DNA of 63,955 nucleotides, counting the filler, from Bacteroidales bacterium (lineage in GTDB: Bacteria; Bacteroidota; Bacteroidia; Bacteroidales; CAIWKO01): the NCBI GenBank assembly GCA_035389045.1. It is 7 parts of 7 records of this genome, joined end to end, with 100 filler letters (N's around TTAATTAATTAA, not from the genome) between each part and the next. Parts side by side here need not be neighbours in the genome. Positions count along the whole stretch, not along the records: positions 12,567 to 21,838 come from DAOORA010000102.1; positions 21,939 to 31,069 come from DAOORA010000103.1; 5 more parts are not named here. The stretch is one strand, 5' to 3'. The notes under the pieces were generated by a model. The model did not search any database. It was not told where the DNA came from and worked only from the letters and a program-made list of their open reading frames with translations. The position numbers and the translations under genes are program-made. Within the stretch, counting starts at the first letter, position 1; every line of letters starts with the position of its first letter. Shown one piece after another: positions 18,456 to 28,803 of this stretch.

Positions 18456-19229
18456 ATGGAAACTAACAAAAAAAATTACAATTTTAGTTTGTTTAAACCC
18501 ATAAGTCCATATGGAAAGCAGAACAGGAACCTGATTATTTCTTTGGTTGCAATTTGGTTTATTGCGATTTTTGGATTCCAGATACTTTTGCTTTCTTTAC
18601 AAAAACCCACACCAGAAAAATCGCTCTTAAAGTTTGAATCCGTTTGGAATAATGTGAAAAACGGGACGGCTTCTGAAATCGAAAAACAAGACTTTGTCAA
18701 ATCTATTATTTCCGTTGAGGGCAAATCCTCCCTGAAGAAAGATAAAAAACCAGTTCTGGATAATGCAATTTCCTGGATGGTTTATACTATGATTAGTGAT
18801 TCGGAAAAAGTTGTATTATCATCCTATGTAGCAGACCTGAAAGACACAAAAGAGAAGCTGACCAAAGCAAACGACCAGGATTTTCTGAATTTACAGGCGA
18901 ATCTTACCATGGCTAAATCTAATATCAATACCTTACTGGATAATAAAATCGGAATTGAATCAACCGATGTTGAAGCAGGGATACTTCCTTATTGCATAAA
19001 CACAGAATACAGGGATATGTCGGAAGAAGACATAGCGACCTTACCCCAAATAATGTCTTTGTATTTGACGCATAACCGGTCTTTCTTGACCGACACTAAA
19101 TTTCTCGGTTTCCCGTTTCATTATTTTTATACTGCCGTATTTCTGCTGATTCTTTTTGTGATTCTGTGCCTGATATATAGTTTTAGAATTCAACAGATAC
19201 AGAAGAAATATTCAATTATTGAAGAATAA
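18456..19229 (+). CDS. DUF4212-like symporter small subunit with a large inserted soluble domain
   Basis: N-terminal TM LVAIWFIAIFG; C-terminal FLGFPFHYFYTAVFLLILFV; directly upstream of an ActP-like gene. Confidence 0.7.
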   Translation: METNKKNYNFSLFKPISPYGKQNRNLIISLVAIWFIAIFGFQILLLSLQKPTPEKSLLKFESVWNNVKNGTASEIEKQDFVKSIISVEGKSSLKKDKKPVLDNAISWMVYTMISDSEKVVLSSYVADLKDTKEKLTKANDQDFLNLQANLTMAKSNINTLLDNKIGIESTDVEAGILPYCINTEYRDMSEEDIATLPQIMSLYLTHNRSFLTDTKFLGFPFHYFYTAVFLLILFVILCLIYSFRIQQIQKKYSIIEE

Positions 19230-19258
19230 ACTTATAAATTATAATATATCCGACAATT

Positions 19259-20935
19259 ATGAAAAAAATATTTATCGCTGTTAGTATATTTGTTTTACCT
19301 GCAATTGCATATGCAGGCAATTTAACACAATTAGAAGGAAGTTTTAAAGTAGGGCCGGCAATTATCTTAATTGCCATGCTGGTCACCTTTGTTTTAGTTG
19401 GTTTTTTCTCCCGTGCAAAGGACACAACAGACTATTATGCCGCAGGAAGAAAAATTTCAAACATCAGTTCCGGAATGGCAATAGGTTCAAACTGGATGAG
19501 TGCTGCATCGGTATTAGGAATGGCGGGCATGATGTATGCCACCGGATATAACGGATTGGCTTATGTGGTCGGCTGGACCGGAGGTTATGTCTTGCTGCTG
19601 GTATTAATGGCGGGGCAAATCAGGAAGTATGGAAAATTTACGGCTCCGGACTTCATTGGCGACAGGTATTATTCGCAAACATTACGGGGAACCAGTGCTG
19701 TGTTTACTATCCTGATATCCTTCGCTTATTGTATTGGTCAATTTGGCGGAGTCGGTCTGATGTTTAAATGGATACTTGGAATCAATTATATGTGGTCAGT
19801 GATTATCGGTGCTTCAGTTGTTGTTTTTTACACTATGCTTTCAGGTATGATTGGCGCCACTAAAAACATGGTGATTCAATACATTATTATTGTAGTTACT
19901 TTTCTTGTTCCTACTTTTTTATTGACTTATAAATTTGACTATTTCTGGATATTGCCCCAGTTTGGTTACGGCACCATTGTATCGGATATTATTCAGGGCA
20001 TACCGGCACCGAATATTGCTGATGGAGTTGCCTTGGTGAATGCATACGGCCATAATGTATCAATGGTTGCCAGTCCTGAATTTGCCATGCCATGGGATGC
20101 TTCTACCGGAAGCACTGCTTTTCAATGGATGGCTATTTGTTTTTCCCTGATGCTTGGAACTGCAGGTCTTCCACATGTTTTACAAAGATTTTATATAACA
20201 CCTACCATTCGCGATGCACGCTTATCCTGTGTATGGGGATTGTTTTTCATTTGCCTGGTTTATTGGAGTGCACCAATTTATTCTGTTTTTGGAAAGATTT
20301 TATCTTCAAACCCCGAAGTAGGAAATCTGGCATCAGATGCTATTGTGGTGTATACTGCTCAATTAGGAGATCTGAATCCTCTTATTGTCGGGCTTTTGGC
20401 TGCAGGAGCAATTTCTGCTGCTTTTTCAACCATTTCGGGATTGCTTGTTGCAGGAGCCTCTGCATTTTCGCACGATCTTTATGTGAAGATCATTAACCCA
20501 AAAGCTACTCCCAAAGCTCAAATGAATATGGCACGATTCGGAACCATACTCATGGGGGTTGTCGTTGCAATTGTTGCGATGCTTAACCTGGGAATGATCG
20601 CTCAGCTCGTGGCAGTCGCCTTTTCGATGGCAGCATGCACCATTTTCCCTTTATTCCTGCTAGGCATCTGGTGGAGCGGGGCAAACAAAGCAGGAGGCAC
20701 TGCCGGAATGTTTGTCGGAGTTGCCATTAGCCTCTTTTCACTTACCTATTTTATTGTAGATAAAAGCGGTGGAAGCTTACCGGGGCAGGAATTTGTTACG
20801 TATTGGCTTAATGTTTGGTATTTCGCATGGATCGGGTCGCCACTGGCAATTATTACTAACATTGTGGTCTCGAAATTAACAAAAGAAACACCTTATGAAA
20901 TTAAGAAATTCCTGGCAGAAAAGGTTCACAGTTAA
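19259..20935 (+). CDS. actP: Sodium:solute symporter, cation/acetate (ActP-like)
   Basis: DYYAAGR, SNWMSAAS, KFTAPDFIGDRY, GTAGLPHVLQRFY; many TM helices. Confidence 0.85.
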   Translation: MKKIFIAVSIFVLPAIAYAGNLTQLEGSFKVGPAIILIAMLVTFVLVGFFSRAKDTTDYYAAGRKISNISSGMAIGSNWMSAASVLGMAGMMYATGYNGLAYVVGWTGGYVLLLVLMAGQIRKYGKFTAPDFIGDRYYSQTLRGTSAVFTILISFAYCIGQFGGVGLMFKWILGINYMWSVIIGASVVVFYTMLSGMIGATKNMVIQYIIIVVTFLVPTFLLTYKFDYFWILPQFGYGTIVSDIIQGIPAPNIADGVALVNAYGHNVSMVASPEFAMPWDASTGSTAFQWMAICFSLMLGTAGLPHVLQRFYITPTIRDARLSCVWGLFFICLVYWSAPIYSVFGKILSSNPEVGNLASDAIVVYTAQLGDLNPLIVGLLAAGAISAAFSTISGLLVAGASAFSHDLYVKIINPKATPKAQMNMARFGTILMGVVVAIVAMLNLGMIAQLVAVAFSMAACTIFPLFLLGIWWSGANKAGGTAGMFVGVAISLFSLTYFIVDKSGGSLPGQEFVTYWLNVWYFAWIGSPLAIITNIVVSKLTKETPYEIKKFLAEKVHS

Positions 20936-21004
20936 AATGTTATAACTAAATCCGATAAACAATCCTCTTTCCGGAGAACGAATTGTTCATTTTTATACTC
21001 GCTC

Positions 21005-21784
21005 ATGGGATTAAAAGAGATTTTTACCATTACCAGAAAGACAAAGTTACTTATTGTTGTTCTGGCTTGCATTTCAATTACCGGTTTTTTGATCGCTTAC
21101 TTTTATTATGATTATCGAAACAAAGCAGAAGATCCGAGAATAGTGGCTGCAAGGTATAAACTTAAGAAATTTGATGATCTGATGAAAGCGAGGATGTACG
21201 AACAAGCCCTGTTTTTGCTCGATACTATTGATAGTATTTATAGAAAAGCAGATGGGTATGCTACTTCGTTTGAACCGGGTATTGTTTTTAATAACCGCGG
21301 ATCAATATATCTTTCTATGGCATTATATGATAGTCTTATCAGTCAGGAAGAAAGACAGCATCTTTTAGCATTGGCTGATACCAATTTAAAGTCGGGAATT
21401 GAAATCTATATGAATTGGATTGATTCAGCCGGTGCTTTGCCTGAGCAGCAGATCAGAAAAAATATTGAACCTTATTTTAATGAATCTGTTGCATCATTAA
21501 AGGGGAAGAACATTCATCGCATTTTTAATAAAAGAGTGGCTGATATAATGAACGCCCAGATTGAAACGCCCCGCCGTTTATCGGTGTGCTATACCAATCT
21601 TGGTATTGTGCAACGGCATCAGCTTAGACAGGAGGAAGCCCTGAAAAGCTATATCCAGGCCATTAAATTATGGAAAGATAATTTTACTGCCCGAAACAAC
21701 TTCAATGTATTAATGGGTAAACCGCCTGAAGACCGGTCGATCATTGATCAGCTTTTTCCACCTGAACGCATTAAAAAAGATTAA
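21005..21784 (+). CDS. Membrane-anchored TPR protein
   Basis: N-terminal TM; TPR-like FNNRGSIY and YTNLGIVQ..EEALKSYIQAIKL. Confidence 0.75.
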   Translation: MGLKEIFTITRKTKLLIVVLACISITGFLIAYFYYDYRNKAEDPRIVAARYKLKKFDDLMKARMYEQALFLLDTIDSIYRKADGYATSFEPGIVFNNRGSIYLSMALYDSLISQEERQHLLALADTNLKSGIEIYMNWIDSAGALPEQQIRKNIEPYFNESVASLKGKNIHRIFNKRVADIMNAQIETPRRLSVCYTNLGIVQRHQLRQEEALKSYIQAIKLWKDNFTARNNFNVLMGKPPEDRSIIDQLFPPERIKKD

Positions 21785-21838
21785 GAAATTGTTTTGATTT
21801 TATCTTTTCATATCTTTATGCATCTTTTTTGCTGCAAC

Positions 21839-21938
21839 NNNNNNNNNNNNNNNNNNNNNNNNNNNNNNNNNNNNNNNNNNNNTTAATTAATTAANNNNNN
21901 NNNNNNNNNNNNNNNNNNNNNNNNNNNNNNNNNNNNNN
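21839..21938. other. Artificial contig linker
   Basis: N44-TTAATTAATTAA-N44. Confidence 0.98.
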
Positions 21939-21939
21939 G

Positions 21940-22122
21940 AATGCCGTAATTAAGATTTACGATGTTATGGGAAGAATAGTATATAAAAACACTTTTTCTG
22001 AAAGCCCTTTGAGCAATCAGAAAATAATTATGGATCTGCAATCTTTGCCTTCAGGTATTTATTCTGCAGAATTCGTTGCGGGAGAATATTCAAATACCAG
22101 CAAAATTGTGAAGAATTACTAA
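21940..22122 (+). CDS. 3' fragment of a T9SS CTD protein (contig-truncated)
   Basis: Manual translation NAVIKIYDVMGRIV..DLQSLPSGIYSAEF..KIVKNY*. Confidence 0.8.
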   Translation, partial: NAVIKIYDVMGRIVYKNTFSESPLSNQKIIMDLQSLPSGIYSAEFVAGEYSNTSKIVKNY

Positions 22123-22139
22123 AATTGTCCTGACAGCAA

Positions 22140-22209
22140 ATCGAGCAGGAAAGAGGATTGCTCGCCAGACCTATAGACCCACCGTGCATAGTTTCGTACA
22201 CGGTGGTTT
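22140..22209 (-). mobile_element. Degenerate group IIC intron 3' end (domains V-VI)
   Basis: Minus strand AACCACCGTGTACGAAACTATGCACGGTGG...CCTGCTCGAT resembles the IIC consensus AACCGCCGTGTACGGAACCGTACGCACGGTGG...CCTACTCGAT. Confidence 0.65.
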
Positions 22210-22530
22210 GATATAAATTGTTCTCACAAGTTATTTGGTGGACTACGTAATAATTTTGAATAGTCTCAGTTATGTTTAACCGTATTAAGCTATAAAATGG
22301 TAGAAGAAATTCATCGTAACAAAAAAAGTTATCTGATTTTGAAAAAATTGATAATGCACATGTAGTATCCCTATTTTCCAGAATAAACAAAAACAACAAC
22401 TCATCGGTTGAACTCTCCTCCAAAGATTATTTTGTTTACTTCCTTCAAAAAAGCAGATAACGTTGTCTTCTCTCTCACCATATAATTGAGTATACGGTAA
22501 AGTCCGAACTATGGTATGCGTAGCGCACAC

Positions 22531-22555
22531 AAAAAAAGGCAGCTAATGCTGCCTT
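22531..22555 (-). terminator. Rho-independent terminator-like hairpin
   Basis: AAGGCAGC-ATTA-GCTGCCTT followed by a T-run on the minus strand. Confidence 0.65.
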
Positions 22556-22699
22556 CATCCTTTTCAGTATGTGGAGCGTACGCAACACAAGTCGAACTCA
22601 CAATTATTTTATCAAGACCTCGATTCATTGGCCGGTGTAGCTGATGAATTAGAAAACCTATTACTAAAACAAATCAATCAAAAATAAAACAATAAATAT

Positions 22700-23377
22700 A
22701 TGGAAAATAATAATGTTAAAAAAATCATCGTGGTAAACACAACAATTTCACAAGAGGAAATAAAAACATGCGTCTGGTGCGGAAAATCTCTTGAAGGTTA
22801 TCCCGCCAAATCAGCTTTCTGTAGCACAAGTCATAGGGTTATGGCATATCGAGCCCGAAAAAAATTAAAGAATCAGAATGAAATGAATCAGAATGAAATA
22901 ATACAGCAAGAAACCATCTCACCAATTTTACCCGATTTACATACATCAACTCCAAATATTGAAAATAACCAAACAGATCGTTTGGAAGGCTTTCTTGGTG
23001 CTCCTGTTTCAGGTTCTGAAAAACCACCCTTAACCCAAGATACGAATGTATCATGCCAGCCACAAATAAAGGAAAAGGATAAAGCACCAAAAGAAAAAAT
23101 TAATACTGATGAATCTGTGCCTTCTAATAAAAGCACAAAGGATGCTTTCACAAATGATGAAAAAACTTTTCTTGAGAAAATAATAAAAGTCACTTCAGAT
23201 ATTGAAAAGTTGATTGATCAATTCATTAAGGAGGGGAAAACGCAAATCCCAAGAAACAAAATTCATGCAGTAGTACCATCATATATAGGAATTGACCTGA
23301 ATAAACCTATCCTCCTTGAAAAATTTGAACTAAAATATGACCTTACTAAACAAAATTATTTAATCATTAAAATTTAA
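22700..23377 (+). CDS. Hypothetical protein with N-terminal Zn-ribbon-like motif
   Basis: CVWCGKSL..KSAFCSTSHRVMAYRARKK. Confidence 0.7.
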   Translation: MENNNVKKIIVVNTTISQEEIKTCVWCGKSLEGYPAKSAFCSTSHRVMAYRARKKLKNQNEMNQNEIIQQETISPILPDLHTSTPNIENNQTDRLEGFLGAPVSGSEKPPLTQDTNVSCQPQIKEKDKAPKEKINTDESVPSNKSTKDAFTNDEKTFLEKIIKVTSDIEKLIDQFIKEGKTQIPRNKIHAVVPSYIGIDLNKPILLEKFELKYDLTKQNYLIIKI

Positions 23378-23381
23378 AAAA

Positions 23382-23537
23382 ATGGAATTTAACGATTTAA
23401 GAATCATTTCAAAACTGAGCCGTATTGAAAAACAGCGTAACAATTTATTAGTGGCCATAATAGCCGTTTCTCTGATTTCTGTGGTCTATGTTATATATAA
23501 TATAAAACAGAATAAAAATAAAGAATGTCAAAATTAG
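23382..23537 (+). CDS. Small single-TM protein (51 aa)
   Basis: Manual translation MEFNDLRIISKLSRIEKQRNNLLVAIIAVSLISVVYVIYNIK...; starts 4 nt after the previous stop. Confidence 0.5.
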   Translation: MEFNDLRIISKLSRIEKQRNNLLVAIIAVSLISVVYVIYNIKQNKNKECQN

Positions 23538-23967
23538 CGTATAACTGACAGGCAGCAACTCTGTCCAGCCTACCCTGCGGCGAAGCTATCGTTTATTCCG
23601 ATGCGGTATCTGTAACAGGTCAATTTTTCATTGACTTGCAACAGTTACTCTATCGGCATTTCAAAATTTACGCATTGGTATAAAATTTTTAGCGCTAAAA
23701 TTCAACCTTACGACCTGCTGCTCTCGCCTGCGTGTTTTATAATGCTTATTATGTATTATTAGCATACAGTACTAAATCTTCTAAAATAGGGCCGATTGAA
23801 AAAACAATATAGAGCAAACTTCGCTACTCTCTTTTGCTCTTCCGACGGTGGCGTATGTTTTAATCATCGGTGTAAACCATTATAGAATTATTATGGATGC
23901 CAAGTCCGAAAATCATTTCTTAGATCAAACACAGAGAAAAAACCAAGTATAAGATAATGATTTTCAC

Positions 23968-25014
23968 TTATTTTTTGTTTTTTTCTGGCAACCCTTTTTC
24001 TTTACCTCCAAGATAAAAACGAAGAATCACTCTGTTAAAGCCAACTCCGAGAGCAAAGTCACCATCATCAAAGCACATAGGGAATCCAATTTCAGTACCG
24101 ACACTAAATCTTTCGCCAAAGACATATTCGCCTCCAATTGCCGGAATAATAAAATTGGTTTTTGAATTAAAAAAACGCATGCCTTTTATTCCAGCATAAA
24201 AATTCGTGCTTAACCCCTGCCACATACCATAAAGGCCGACGGAAGCAAAAAAATCATTATCGCCAACAGAGCTATAAGTTCCTGCAATCTCAAATTCCAT
24301 TTTAAAATTCCGTTGAGGAATGATAGATAGAAAAATTACACAGGGTGAATAAAACCTGTAATTATCCTGGGTAGTATTGTATAGCAACTGGCCCGCAACA
24401 TCAATTCCAAATGCAAGGGGTTTGGGCTTCCATTTAACTTTCTGTATGGCCCCGTTGCTATTAGCAGATGGCTGTAGTAATGTTTTCTTTATTACTTCGA
24501 CATTTTCTGAAATATCCTCAACTCCATCCTGAATGTTTTCCTGAATTTCGTCGTATTTTTTTTCCTTCAAATCATGATTTGCCGTATCCTTATTGAAAAA
24601 GTTATCAATTAATTTTGTCATATTGTCTATTAACTGTCGATTTTGACGGTTAACTTCCGCCTGTTCTTCCTGTTCTTTCTTATAATTCTCAAAATAAAGA
24701 GAATCCATTTTTATTTGTTCCCTCAAAAGTTTAATCAGCGTATCGTTTGTATTTATAACACTCTCTTTCTTACCTGTCTTAACTGTCTGAACTTTTGGTT
24801 TTGTTCCGCAATCAACACATCTAATTTGATCCTTTTCATAAGTTCCTTCAGTTGAATCGCGCATAATGCATATATATTTATTTCCAACAAGTTTGTAACT
24901 TATTACAGGAATAGCATTCCCTTCTATAGTTGTCAAGGTGTGTTGAGCGAGACCAGTCGTATAATATAATACAACAATAAAAAAAGAAATTAGGAAAATG
25001 TATGTTGTCTTCAT
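23968..25014 (-). CDS. Exported protein: coiled coil + C-terminal outer-membrane beta-barrel-like domain
   Basis: Signal peptide; central helical region; GGEYVFGERFSVGTEIG and terminal LRFYL beta pattern. Confidence 0.65.
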   Translation of the reverse strand: MKTTYIFLISFFIVVLYYTTGLAQHTLTTIEGNAIPVISYKLVGNKYICIMRDSTEGTYEKDQIRCVDCGTKPKVQTVKTGKKESVINTNDTLIKLLREQIKMDSLYFENYKKEQEEQAEVNRQNRQLIDNMTKLIDNFFNKDTANHDLKEKKYDEIQENIQDGVEDISENVEVIKKTLLQPSANSNGAIQKVKWKPKPLAFGIDVAGQLLYNTTQDNYRFYSPCVIFLSIIPQRNFKMEFEIAGTYSSVGDNDFFASVGLYGMWQGLSTNFYAGIKGMRFFNSKTNFIIPAIGGEYVFGERFSVGTEIGFPMCFDDGDFALGVGFNRVILRFYLGGKEKGLPEKNKK

Positions 25015-25127
25015 TTCATTAAATTATTTATTGAAAGGACTCTGATTTTATTTTAACAAAAGTATTTCTTTTATATCAGAAAAAATGGTTTTTATATTTA
25101 TATCAGTTAAAAAACAAATTTAAAATG

Positions 25128-26501
25128 TTAATGATTAATTTTTACAATCTTTTCAGCCAATTTATTCCTGCCCAATTGCAGGATTGATATATAATAACCA
25201 TCCATTAATTCATGGGTGTCGTGAATGATTTTATAATTACCCGCAGTTTGAAAACAATCAATAATAGTTTCGACTTTTTGACCAAAAATATTATATATTT
25301 CCAAAGATATCTGGCTGGATTCTGTCAGGGAATACTCAAAAGTAATCATGTTGTCAAAGGGGTTGGGGTAACATACATACTTGATATTCCTGGCATTTTC
25401 ACTGCTATTGACCGACAAATCAAAAGACTCACACTTTGAAACTATGATTTCAACATCCTGCCCGTTTGCAGGTGGCAGCCCGTTTACGAGCCATAAATTA
25501 ATTCTGATATCCCGCGTTTTGGGAGGAGATACCGGTAATGCAGGACCGTTATATTTCCAGGAATTCAATGGGGTTAATCCCGGGAAAGGATAATCATGGA
25601 ATCCGTTATAGGAGGCGAATTCAACACTATCCTGATTCCAATGAATTATATGAGTGCTGGAATCACACGATGGCATTTGCCACTTCAGAATATTATTCGG
25701 GTTTGTCCATGGTTGAATAACGTATTGAGTGTTATGAGTACCAACAAGGTTCTGAGAAAATTCGATATCAAATTCTGAATGATATGGACAAATATCGTTT
25801 TGCCATGTAAATAAACCCAAAACAGAATTAGAATCGAGGGAATTTATTTGCTCAATGTAAAATACGAATCTGGCAGAATCGGGGTAGCTTGTATCGGATA
25901 AATAGATCTCAGAACAATACCAGTGGTTGTTGGAATAATGAATTTTTAAATGTACTCTTCCGTCCTGATCAAGCCAGACGTTTGAAGCATCATCTGAAAA
26001 ATAATTATTATCCGGTCCCACCGGAAAATTATTTGAGGATTTAACCCACCATGTATAGCCGCAAAAAGGTATTGTTTTTGGCGGTCTTGATATGCTTGCA
26101 AACGCTGTTGATATATAATATAGCACACTATCTATACAGGCTGAACCCTGGTGGTATGGAATTAGCCCGGTGTTGGTGTCGTGAACCAGGAAAGCCCGGT
26201 ATATCGTAGCACAATCGTCAAGACCGCCGTTTGCAGCATAGCAACTGAATGTCGAGTCGGCATTGATTTGCACATATGGCAAGGACGAATATGACTTATA
26301 CCACCATCCAATGCCTTCTATAAAAATGATCACAGCTACTTTGTAATTATTGGGATTTACACCGGAAACATGGCCAAAGAGGAACCCCGGATTACCACTT
26401 TGATAAGGGGGAACACTGTCGAATTGAATTCCGGGTTGAGCCAATATTGTTCCGCACAATATGCTTGTTAAAAGCGAGGTTATAACTATTATTTTTTTCA
26501 T
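25128..26501 (-). CDS. GH16-like glycoside hydrolase with T9SS CTD
   Basis: GPDNNYFSD..NVWLD.DGRVHL; catalytic-type EFDIE; YPNPF..IYNIFGQKV CTD. Confidence 0.7.
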   Translation of the reverse strand: MKKIIVITSLLTSILCGTILAQPGIQFDSVPPYQSGNPGFLFGHVSGVNPNNYKVAVIIFIEGIGWWYKSYSSLPYVQINADSTFSCYAANGGLDDCATIYRAFLVHDTNTGLIPYHQGSACIDSVLYYISTAFASISRPPKTIPFCGYTWWVKSSNNFPVGPDNNYFSDDASNVWLDQDGRVHLKIHYSNNHWYCSEIYLSDTSYPDSARFVFYIEQINSLDSNSVLGLFTWQNDICPYHSEFDIEFSQNLVGTHNTQYVIQPWTNPNNILKWQMPSCDSSTHIIHWNQDSVEFASYNGFHDYPFPGLTPLNSWKYNGPALPVSPPKTRDIRINLWLVNGLPPANGQDVEIIVSKCESFDLSVNSSENARNIKYVCYPNPFDNMITFEYSLTESSQISLEIYNIFGQKVETIIDCFQTAGNYKIIHDTHELMDGYYISILQLGRNKLAEKIVKINH

Positions 26502-26525
26502 ATCCGTAATTATTTGATTGATTTG

Positions 26526-27368
26526 CTAATAAATGACGACCTTTCTCACAACGCTTTGGTTATTAGTCAGTACTTTAAAAAAATACAATCCTGGTTTTAA
26601 AAAAGAAATATCAATCTTTTCGTTATTGTTGTTGTTAGCTCCGCGAGTACAATTTAATTCGCTGTTACAATTGTAAATCTCAACTTTTGCGTTTGCAGAA
26701 GCGCCTTTGCAAATATTGATAAACCCGGATGCAGGATTCGGATAAAGATCAAAACCAAACAGAGACATTTCGCTAATATCAACATTCAAATCCGGAAAAG
26801 CATTTAAATAAGCGTTATCTGCATTAATTACGCTGATACCATAAGTATTTATTTTTCTGAGTAAAATTCTGAATTCAGCTTTGACTGCATTATAAGGCAC
26901 TTTGCATCGTACCCTAAACAATGTAGGGGATGCATTGAAATTCGAATATAAATCTGACTGATAATACGTTGCAAGATAAGCTCCTGAATTATTTTTAAAA
27001 TATAACAAAACACTTGCTTGAGAATTGTTTTGCCAGGTAAAACCTGCCGGAGTCCATAAATATGCTCCTGCCTCGGCAGAATCTCCCGGAGAAACAGAAA
27101 TATCGGTCTGAAGCGGATATGAGAACGAATCTGCAACGGCTGCGCCTGTATAAATATGTAACGAGTACGGAAAACTCATGCAATGTGCTCCGTCGATAAC
27201 CATACCGGCTTGTCCCAGATAATTGGGAATCCAGCAGCCAGATGCCGGAATTTGCTGCCCCCCTTGGTTTTGGGGTGAATCAAAGAATGAGTCGCAAAGT
27301 AAATTTGTCTGCGCATTGGCACATTGAATACAAAGAATCAATGCTAAAAGGAAATTTTGTGTTTTCAT
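26526..27368 (-). CDS. T9SS-secreted protein with CBM-like beta-sandwich
   Basis: Signal peptide; VSPG..AGAYL..VPYNAVKAEFRI..NADNA; LYPNPASG..LKPGLYF CTD. Confidence 0.7.
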   Translation of the reverse strand: MKTQNFLLALILCIQCANAQTNLLCDSFFDSPQNQGGQQIPASGCWIPNYLGQAGMVIDGAHCMSFPYSLHIYTGAAVADSFSYPLQTDISVSPGDSAEAGAYLWTPAGFTWQNNSQASVLLYFKNNSGAYLATYYQSDLYSNFNASPTLFRVRCKVPYNAVKAEFRILLRKINTYGISVINADNAYLNAFPDLNVDISEMSLFGFDLYPNPASGFINICKGASANAKVEIYNCNSELNCTRGANNNNNEKIDISFLKPGLYFFKVLTNNQSVVRKVVIY

Positions 27369-27439
27369 AATAATGCCTCCTGTTTTTTGGGTTAATAATT
27401 TAAATTTTAAAAATGTAATAGGTACAATTGGTTTGTTTC

Positions 27440-28780
27440 TTACTTGTTTTTTTTATTCAGCAATCTGTTTAATGAGAATATAGGATTCAGTTGGTTTTTT
27501 TTTGATAAGTTCTTAAAAAAGTTATAATCATTGATTCGGCTTATGACAGAGCGGTTATTGTGATTGCGGATGTATTCATCACGTTCATGCCCAAAGACTT
27601 CAACGGCTTCTTTATTTCTTTGTTTTTTATACACTTTAATATACTTTTCTGGGGCATTGGTGAAGAATTTTGCCTTTGAATATTCTGTATCCGGGCAAGT
27701 CCAGAGTACATCTGCATTTTTTAAATTATAGCAGGTGCAAATTTCTTCGCCAGTGTTTACCTCAAAAAACCTGGCTCGTCCATCAAGGCAAGCGCTGACT
27801 AGTTTTTCCTGGCTGGAACCAAACACTGCGAACTTCCAAAGATCATCTGTGTGAGACTCATAGGACTTTTGGAGTTCAAAAGTCTCGCCGTTAAAGGCTT
27901 TGAGGCTAAGGTCCCAACTTGCTCCGATTATATATTTTCCCGCAAACGCCACATCTGCTATTTCACTGCCAAACCCATCAATTATTTTTAGCAGTAATCC
28001 GGTTACCGCATTATAAACGCGAATCTTACCATCGCCGCACCCGGATAATAATTTTGATTTGTCTGGGGACAACGCCAACATACGTATTGTACCGCGATGA
28101 CCTTCATAAGACATCTGTATCGCTCCGGAAAGGTCGCGGCGGTATATCCTGCCATCGTCACTGCCCGTGAAAAGGCACTTGCTCCCAGAGTCATATTCCA
28201 GGCATATCGATTGAGCATACTGAGTTGTGTTGTGTTCACAGAACATTTGCAGGAATTCACCAGTAGAAAGATCAAATTCAGCCACGGCGTTACCAAGGCC
28301 AGGATCACAATCTGACTGATAATTTGCAAGAAACAGCCTATTCAATTCCGGAATGACTTTTACAAACGGACACCTTCCGATTCGATTTAAATGGTCTGAG
28401 TAAATGCGGATAAGATGTCCCGTTCTCAAATCAAGAAGGTGGCATGATCTATCCCAGGAACAACAAAACAAATGTTGGTCTATTATCTGCGTATTTCTTA
28501 CACTCTGCAGATTGCCTTCATAAAGATAATGCAAATCGCCGCAAGCATCTCCAGTATTCAAATTATAAGCTTTTAACATGGATGTTTTTGCCGAGGTCGT
28601 GATAAAAATATTGTACTTGTCGCTTACGTTTACATTTCTCAATCCTTCAAGGTCCTCAGGTTCAAGATTAATTTCGTGGTAATATTGATAATTATCATTA
28701 CCAAGAATTATTTTTGACAATGTTTCATTGAATTTTTTGTCCAGGTAAGTGAACTTGCTGAATTTTTCGATATTGTTCAT
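27440..28780 (-). CDS. WD40-repeat protein
   Basis: CSWDRS, TGSDDGRI, EGHRGTIRMLALSPD, SGCGDGKIRVYN, ASWDLSLK. Confidence 0.85.
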   Translation of the reverse strand: MNNIEKFSKFTYLDKKFNETLSKIILGNDNYQYYHEINLEPEDLEGLRNVNVSDKYNIFITTSAKTSMLKAYNLNTGDACGDLHYLYEGNLQSVRNTQIIDQHLFCCSWDRSCHLLDLRTGHLIRIYSDHLNRIGRCPFVKVIPELNRLFLANYQSDCDPGLGNAVAEFDLSTGEFLQMFCEHNTTQYAQSICLEYDSGSKCLFTGSDDGRIYRRDLSGAIQMSYEGHRGTIRMLALSPDKSKLLSGCGDGKIRVYNAVTGLLLKIIDGFGSEIADVAFAGKYIIGASWDLSLKAFNGETFELQKSYESHTDDLWKFAVFGSSQEKLVSACLDGRARFFEVNTGEEICTCYNLKNADVLWTCPDTEYSKAKFFTNAPEKYIKVYKKQRNKEAVEVFGHERDEYIRNHNNRSVISRINDYNFFKNLSKKNQLNPIFSLNRLLNKKNK

Positions 28781-28803
28781 ATTGATATATTTTTATGATT
28801 AGT

